A DNA stretch of 64,000 nt from an uncultured bacterium (GTDB lineage Bacteria > Babelota > Babeliae > Babelales > Babelaceae): positions 928,001-992,000 of the forward strand of contig CAWFXL010000001.1 in assembly GCA_963819815.1 (NCBI GenBank), read 5' to 3'. The position numbers and the translations under genes are program-made. Shown here one piece after another: positions 59,057 to 64,000 of this stretch. Position 1 is the stretch's first letter; every line of letters begins with the position of its first letter. A model generated the notes under the pieces. The model did no database searches, was not told the origin of the DNA, and saw only the letters and a list, made by a program, of their open reading frames with translations.

Positions 59057-60604
59057 TTATGCTGCAGCAGGCAGAGTCTGCGGCTTTTGAGAAATAGTAT
59101 TCTTAGAATCCTTGGCATTCATAAAATAGTACACGAGTCCTGCACCAGCAATGAGTGCTCCAACTACTCCAGCCTTCTTACCCATTGACCATTTACCATC
59201 ATGAGTTATTTTTCTATCTACTTTATAGACTTTTTTATCTATATTTGGGGTTGCAGGAGAAAGCTTAAAGAGATTCGATACATCATCCCTCTTGAGAGTT
59301 TCAATTCTTTGAGCAAGCGTTACCTTCTTATCAGAATCATAATAGATTTTACTACTATCTGCTTTGACAAAGTCTTGCCATTCTTTTAGATCAGCAAATA
59401 CCGTCGTATCTTTTTCATAGGCCTTAAACAAGGTCACCAGTACTGAGTGCTTATTTGAGCGGGTTCTCTGTGCAAGCTTAGCAAATGCTAATGCCTCTTT
59501 CCTGTGCTCATTTGCACTAAGCTCTGTAAATCGTTGACTATCTTTACTTACAGGAGCACCGACCGCGCCAGCCCCCTTTTTTTTGGAGAAAAAGGCCCCA
59601 AACGGATTGCCTAGAGAACTAAACACTGAAGGTGCAGTCTCTTTTACTGAAGTATCCTTGCTTTGTGCATTCATGTTTAAACGCTCCGCAAGACGATCCC
59701 CAATGGTCTTACCAGGCTTAGCAGGATCATAGTCTATAGTATCTATATTGTCTGCCTCCTCCTCGAACTCATTAAGCCAATTTTCCAGATCTTCGAGTGT
59801 TGTCGGATCGCTTTCATAGGCTTGGTAGAGGGTTTGCATTACTGAACGCCTATTTGAGCGCTGCGTATCTACAATTATAGCAATCTCTAATGCTTCTTTT
59901 CTTGTCTCTTTTGCGCGTAAGAGCTCCGTAATGCGCTCTCCCATAGTTTGCTTACTCTTACCATTATAGTAGAACTGATCTACGTCTAGAGGGAACTTCT
60001 TAATCCAACTTTTTAGATCGTCCAACACGTCTTGACCACTTTCATACGCCCGATAGAGGGTATGAAAAACTGAACATTCCAAAGAGCGATAAGGCTGAAA
60101 AAGCTCAGCAACTGCTAAGGTTGCTTCTCTCGTCTCATCAACATCTAAACGCTCAGTAATCCGATCAGCAATGGTCTTATCACTCTTCTTCGCAGGATCC
60201 TGGTAATGGTACCGATCTATGTCAGGTTGAGCGTACGGAACCCACCATGCTATAGCATCTAATACCGCATAACCATTCTCATAAGCTTTGTATAAAGTTC
60301 TAATAACCGATCGCTTATCGGTTCGCCTACAATGCACAATTCGAGCAACTAAAACCGCTGTGTTCGTATGAGTAACCAAAGCTTCAGAAATGCGTTGACC
60401 TACAGTCTTACCTGGCTCAATAAAAAGTTCATCAACATTACACATATCGCCGTTGAAATGATTTCTGAAGTCTTCATTAGCAGCCCGATCAATGAGGGCC
60501 CTTTCAAGAAGCTCTTTAAAAGTAGGATCAACCATATCCATAGCTTGCATCGATCCAAAGCCTGAGACCACGAGGATTATAATTAAAAATCTTTTTAATG
60601 GCAT
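59057..60604 (-). CDS. Tail-anchored ~77-aa repeat protein (4 units plus insertion)
   Basis: Signal peptide, four repeat units, ~50-aa insertion, GALIAGAGLVYYF anchor, ends QTLPAAA. Confidence 0.88.
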   Translation of the reverse strand: MPLKRFLIIILVVSGFGSMQAMDMVDPTFKELLERALIDRAANEDFRNHFNGDMCNVDELFIEPGKTVGQRISEALVTHTNTAVLVARIVHCRRTDKRSVIRTLYKAYENGYAVLDAIAWWVPYAQPDIDRYHYQDPAKKSDKTIADRITERLDVDETREATLAVAELFQPYRSLECSVFHTLYRAYESGQDVLDDLKSWIKKFPLDVDQFYYNGKSKQTMGERITELLRAKETRKEALEIAIIVDTQRSNRRSVMQTLYQAYESDPTTLEDLENWLNEFEEEADNIDTIDYDPAKPGKTIGDRLAERLNMNAQSKDTSVKETAPSVFSSLGNPFGAFFSKKKGAGAVGAPVSKDSQRFTELSANEHRKEALAFAKLAQRTRSNKHSVLVTLFKAYEKDTTVFADLKEWQDFVKADSSKIYYDSDKKVTLAQRIETLKRDDVSNLFKLSPATPNIDKKVYKVDRKITHDGKWSMGKKAGVVGALIAGAGLVYYFMNAKDSKNTISQKPQTLPAAA

Positions 60605-60662
60605 AGTATTCCTTTATGCTCGTAGAGGTATATCTTTTTCGACTTCATGTTCAGTACTACAT

Positions 60663-60691
60663 ACCATAGCATGAAATACGTATCTCTTCAA
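60663..60691 (-). promoter_or_regulatory. Conserved cassette promoter, copy D (TTGAAG-N17-TATGGT)
   Basis: Homologous to the other copies, same spacing. Confidence 0.6.
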
Positions 60692-60777
60692 AGGCCTTAG
60701 TTTTTGCCGCAATACGTAATATCGTGGCAAATTCTCATTATATCTTGTGAGTGATCTCAAGAAAATCGCATTAAAAA

Positions 60778-60809
60778 AGAGCCTGCACTCCATTATAGGC
60801 ACAGGCTCT
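60778..60809 (-). terminator. Conserved AGAGCCTG...CAGGCTCT hairpin, copy 4 (with U tract)
   Basis: Inverted repeat followed by TTTTT on the minus strand, after the stop of the 60824-62185 gene. Confidence 0.72.
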
Positions 60810-60823
60810 CGTATAATTCTTAG

Positions 60824-62185
60824 TTACGCCGCAGCAGGCAACTGAGGTTGCTCTGATAGTTTATTTTTAGAATCTTTATTGTTCATAAGATAGTACAAGA
60901 GACCTGCACCAGCAGCAAGCGCTGTAACAACTCCAACCTTCTTGCCCATTGACCATTTGGCCTTTTTACCATCAACTGGTTGCGTTATCGTAGAGTGCTT
61001 AAAGAGATTTGAGACATCATCCCTGTTGAGAGCTGCAACTTTTTGAGCAATCGTTATCTTCTTAGCAGAATCATAGTAGATTTTGCTAACATCTGCTTTA
61101 ACAAATTCTTGCCATTCCTTCAGATCACTAAATACCGTTGGATCTTTTTCACAGGCTTTAAATAAGGTCAGCAATACTGAATTCTTCAGTGAACGGGCAC
61201 CTTGCACAAGCTTAGCAACAGCTAATGCTTCTTTCCTATGGGTATTCGTCCTTAGATGTTTTGCGAGGCGATCCCCAATAGTCTCAATACGCTTAGCACG
61301 ATCATAAAATACCATATCTATATCTAGAGGAAACTTCAGAAACCAACCTTCGAGTTCAGCATATACTGCATTATCGCATAGGTAGTCCTTAAATAATTCC
61401 CGGAATATTACCTTCTTGCACGAGCGAGCCTCCTGTACAACGGCGGCAACGGCAAGTGCTTCTTTCTTATCCCTCTGAGTTCTTAAACGTTCTGTAATGC
61501 GATCACCAATAGTCTTGCCCGGATCTTGCGGATTGTAGTCTATTTCATCCACATCATCTGCACCTTCGAATGCAACAATCCATTTTTTTATGTCTTCAAG
61601 TACTGTATGATCTTTTTCATAGGCCGCATACAGTGTTTGCATTACTATATCCCTATTTGCACGGTACTCGTCTACAAGAATGGCAACATCTAATGCTGCT
61701 TTTCGGGTATCTTTTGTCTTTAAGCGATCTACGATGTGCTCACCAATGGTTCCGCCATCCTCATTGGCAGGATCATAATAGATATCATCTACATCTAGGT
61801 AGAGATCGTCGGGAAAATCCTCAATCCAATGTTCTAGATCAGCTAATACTGTCTGATCCTCTTCATGAAGTTTATATAATTCCCGAAAAACTGATGACTT
61901 GTCCGAGCTTTCATTAAGAACAAGCCGAGCAACAGTGAGAGCTGCAGCTCGATGTTGGGTGCCCAAAAATGTATTGATGTGCTGACTAACGGTCACACCT
62001 AATGTGTACATCAGTTCATCAACATCAAATGGGTTAGCTCTGAAATGTTCTTCAAAGGCTTCAAAGTGCTTTTGATCCTGAACAGCCCTATCAAGAAGCT
62101 CCTCGGTGACCTGATCAATCACTGCTTGCACCGATCCAAAACCTGAGATTACAAGGCCTACAATTATAAATCGTTTTAATGACAT
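60824..62185 (-). CDS. Tail-anchored ~77-aa repeat protein (4 units)
   Basis: Signal peptide, four repeat units, TALAAGAGLLYYL anchor, ends QLPAAA. Confidence 0.88.
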   Translation of the reverse strand: MSLKRFIIVGLVISGFGSVQAVIDQVTEELLDRAVQDQKHFEAFEEHFRANPFDVDELMYTLGVTVSQHINTFLGTQHRAAALTVARLVLNESSDKSSVFRELYKLHEEDQTVLADLEHWIEDFPDDLYLDVDDIYYDPANEDGGTIGEHIVDRLKTKDTRKAALDVAILVDEYRANRDIVMQTLYAAYEKDHTVLEDIKKWIVAFEGADDVDEIDYNPQDPGKTIGDRITERLRTQRDKKEALAVAAVVQEARSCKKVIFRELFKDYLCDNAVYAELEGWFLKFPLDIDMVFYDRAKRIETIGDRLAKHLRTNTHRKEALAVAKLVQGARSLKNSVLLTLFKACEKDPTVFSDLKEWQEFVKADVSKIYYDSAKKITIAQKVAALNRDDVSNLFKHSTITQPVDGKKAKWSMGKKVGVVTALAAGAGLLYYLMNNKDSKNKLSEQPQLPAAA

Positions 62186-62239
62186 AGCATTCCTTTACGC
62201 TCATGGAAGATAGCTTCAGCTTTTTACGTACCTTAAGCC

Positions 62240-62268
62240 ACAATACCATAAAATAGGTCTCTCTTCAA
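62240..62268 (-). promoter_or_regulatory. Conserved cassette promoter, copy E (TTGAAG-N17-TATTGT)
   Basis: Homologous to copy A, same spacing. Confidence 0.65.
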
Positions 62269-62382
62269 AGGCCTTATGTGCTTCTGGCGATGACATATTT
62301 CATTATATCTCATGAGATACCAAAACATCGAAAGCTTTCACCTGAGACATAGAAGCCCTCATTCACTTCACATGCAATGAGA

Positions 62383-62416
62383 AGAGCCTGCACCCTATTA
62401 TAGGAGTACAGGCTCT
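62383..62416 (-). terminator. Conserved AGAGCCTG...CAGGCTCT hairpin, copy 5
   Basis: Inverted repeat just after the stop of the 62432-63301 gene. Confidence 0.65.
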
Positions 62417-62431
62417 CGTAATGATTCTTAG

Positions 62432-63301
62432 TTACGCTGCTGCAGGCAACTGAGGTTGCTCTGATAGTTTATTTTTATCCTTACTATTCATGTAGTAGTA
62501 CAAGAGACCTGCACCAGCAGCTAGTACTACAACTCCAACCTTCTTACCCATCGACAATTGCATCTTTTTACCATCATTGTTTGTCTTAGGGAGATTAAAG
62601 AGTTTCAACAGATCATCCCTATTAAGAGCTTGAATTCTTTCAGCAATCGTTTCAGAACATGCAGGATCAAAGCGAATCACCTTAACATCTACTTTCACAA
62701 ATTCTTGCCATTCCTTCAGATCCCCAAATACCGATTGATCTATTTCATAAGCTTTGTACAAAGTCCGCAGTACTGATTCTTTCTCCGTACGAGCACCCTG
62801 AACAAGCTTAGCAACAGCTAATGCACCTTTCCGAGCACTATGCAATCTTAAGCGCTGAGCAATGCATTCACCAAAGGTCTTGCCTGGATGGACTGGATCA
62901 TGAACCACCGTATCTACATCTAGAGGGAACTGGTCAAACCAATATTTTAGGTCCTTCAGTGCTGTTGGATCGATCACCTGAGCTTTATATAACTGCCTGA
63001 AAACGTCTGACTTATTCGAGCGACGGTTTTGTATAAGCTTAGCAACAGCTAGTACCCCTTCTCTCTGTTTATAGTACAAACGATGAGAAATAAGCTGACC
63101 TATAGTGACACCATCTCTGCTCATAATGGTATCAACATCAACTCGATTTTTATTGAAGTACTCTTCAAAGGCTTTATAGCCAGCTTGGTCCCGAAGAGCC
63201 CCCTTAAGAAGGTTTTTGAAAGTCTTAAGATCAAACGTAGCTTGAATCGATCCAAAGAATGAGACTATAAGGGTTACCATCAGGAGTCGTTTTACGTACA
63301 T
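62432..63301 (-). CDS. Tail-anchored ~77-aa repeat protein (2 units)
   Basis: Signal peptide, two repeat units, VLAAGAGLLYYY anchor, ends QLPAAA. Confidence 0.88.
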   Translation of the reverse strand: MYVKRLLMVTLIVSFFGSIQATFDLKTFKNLLKGALRDQAGYKAFEEYFNKNRVDVDTIMSRDGVTIGQLISHRLYYKQREGVLAVAKLIQNRRSNKSDVFRQLYKAQVIDPTALKDLKYWFDQFPLDVDTVVHDPVHPGKTFGECIAQRLRLHSARKGALAVAKLVQGARTEKESVLRTLYKAYEIDQSVFGDLKEWQEFVKVDVKVIRFDPACSETIAERIQALNRDDLLKLFNLPKTNNDGKKMQLSMGKKVGVVVLAAGAGLLYYYMNSKDKNKLSEQPQLPAAA

Positions 63302-63352
63302 AGTGTTCCTTTATGGAGATGTATAAGCTTCAACTTTTTCCTACTGTGTACA

Positions 63353-63381
63353 ACAATAGCATAAAATCCCTCTCTCTTCAA
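63353..63381 (-). promoter_or_regulatory. Conserved cassette promoter, copy F (TTGAAG-N17-TATTGT)
   Basis: Homologous to copy A, same spacing. Confidence 0.65.
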
Positions 63382-63492
63382 AGGTAGTACATTGCATAAG
63401 AGAAAAGTGCTGTACATTTCTTACTCATGAACCGTTCTTTCCCTCAGGCATTTGCTCCAGCCAATGCCTTCACGAACCCCACTACATGCAAA

Positions 63493-63522
63493 AGAGCCTG
63501 GACTATGATAAGTCCAGGCTCT
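63493..63522 (-). terminator. Conserved AGAGCCTG...CAGGCTCT hairpin, copy 6
   Basis: 12-bp perfect stem AGAGCCTGGACT / AGTCCAGGCTCT after the stop at 63537. Confidence 0.7.
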
Positions 63523-63536
63523 CGTACTCATGTAAT

Positions 63537-63998
63537 TTACGCAGCTAGGGTCTGGTGCTCATTTTTAGAATCTTTAGAGTTCATATAATAATAGTAGCAC
63601 AAGACACCTGCACCAGCAGCAAGTGTTGTAAGTCCTAGCGTCTTACCGATTGACCATTTAGCCTTTTTATCATCGGGAGTCTTGGCCTTTGGTTGCGCTG
63701 TAGCAGTTATCTTAAAGAGATTTGTTAGGTCATCTCTCTTAAGAGCTTCAATTCTTTGAGCAATCGTCTCAGGAAGAGCAGGATCAAAACGAATCGCTGT
63801 AATATCTGCGTTAACAAATTCTTGCCATTCTTTTAGATCTGCAAATACGGTTTGATCCTTTTCATACGCTGTATACAAAGTTCGCAATACCGATTCTTTA
63901 TCAGAACGGTCACCCTGTACAAGCTTGGCAACCGCCAATGCATCTTTTCTTGTCTTGTCCTTACTTAAACGCGCTGCAATGCGCTCACCAATGGTTTT
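63537..63998 (-). CDS. Tail-anchored ~77-aa repeat protein, 5'-truncated by the window edge
   Basis: Frame is open to the window end (KTIGERIAARLSKDKTRKDALAVAKLV...); TLAAGAGVLCYYYY anchor; ends QTLAA. Confidence 0.85.
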   Translation of the reverse strand, partial: KTIGERIAARLSKDKTRKDALAVAKLVQGDRSDKESVLRTLYTAYEKDQTVFADLKEWQEFVNADITAIRFDPALPETIAQRIEALKRDDLTNLFKITATAQPKAKTPDDKKAKWSIGKTLGLTTLAAGAGVLCYYYYMNSKDSKNEHQTLAA

Positions 63999-64000
63999 AC

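Noticed and set aside
55694..63536. Hairpins after each gene as integron attC sites or CRISPR repeats
   Set aside because: No matching RYYYAAC/GTTRRRY core pair, no integrase or cas genes, and the spacing is whole genes rather than 30-40-nt spacers.

Overview
Bacterial chromosomal segment with the hallmarks of an obligate host-associated organism, most like Dependentiae/TM6 (an inference from gene content and protein style, not a database result). Housekeeping genes (rpsF-rpsR, ftsY, prmC, mutL, mgtE, a RluA-family pseudouridine synthase, tRNA-Lys and tRNA-Glu) are interleaved with two large arrays of signal-peptide proteins. The first (8558-38180, +) is 17 tandem paralogous ankyrin-repeat proteins with variable middles and a conserved, unrecognised C-terminal domain carrying an F-box-like LPxYVIxEI motif and a (C)NGN motif. 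It shows mosaic sequence exchange, internal duplications and decayed remnants. The second (50520 to the window end, -) is ten genes with an N-terminal signal peptide and a C-terminal transmembrane anchor. Six of them are built from an unrecognised ~77-aa repeat (2-5 copies in the five complete genes), are organised as promoter-gene-hairpin cassettes and end in an ssrA-degron-like AA/AAA tail. Other points of interest are a ParDE/RelBE-type toxin-antitoxin pair between two duplicated signal-peptide kinase genes, two S24/S26-fold proteins with substituted catalytic dyads, a secreted protein with two MIU-like ubiquitin-binding helices, and a recurrent Ala|Met signal-cleavage junction. No integrase, transposase, reverse transcriptase or CRISPR array is visible.
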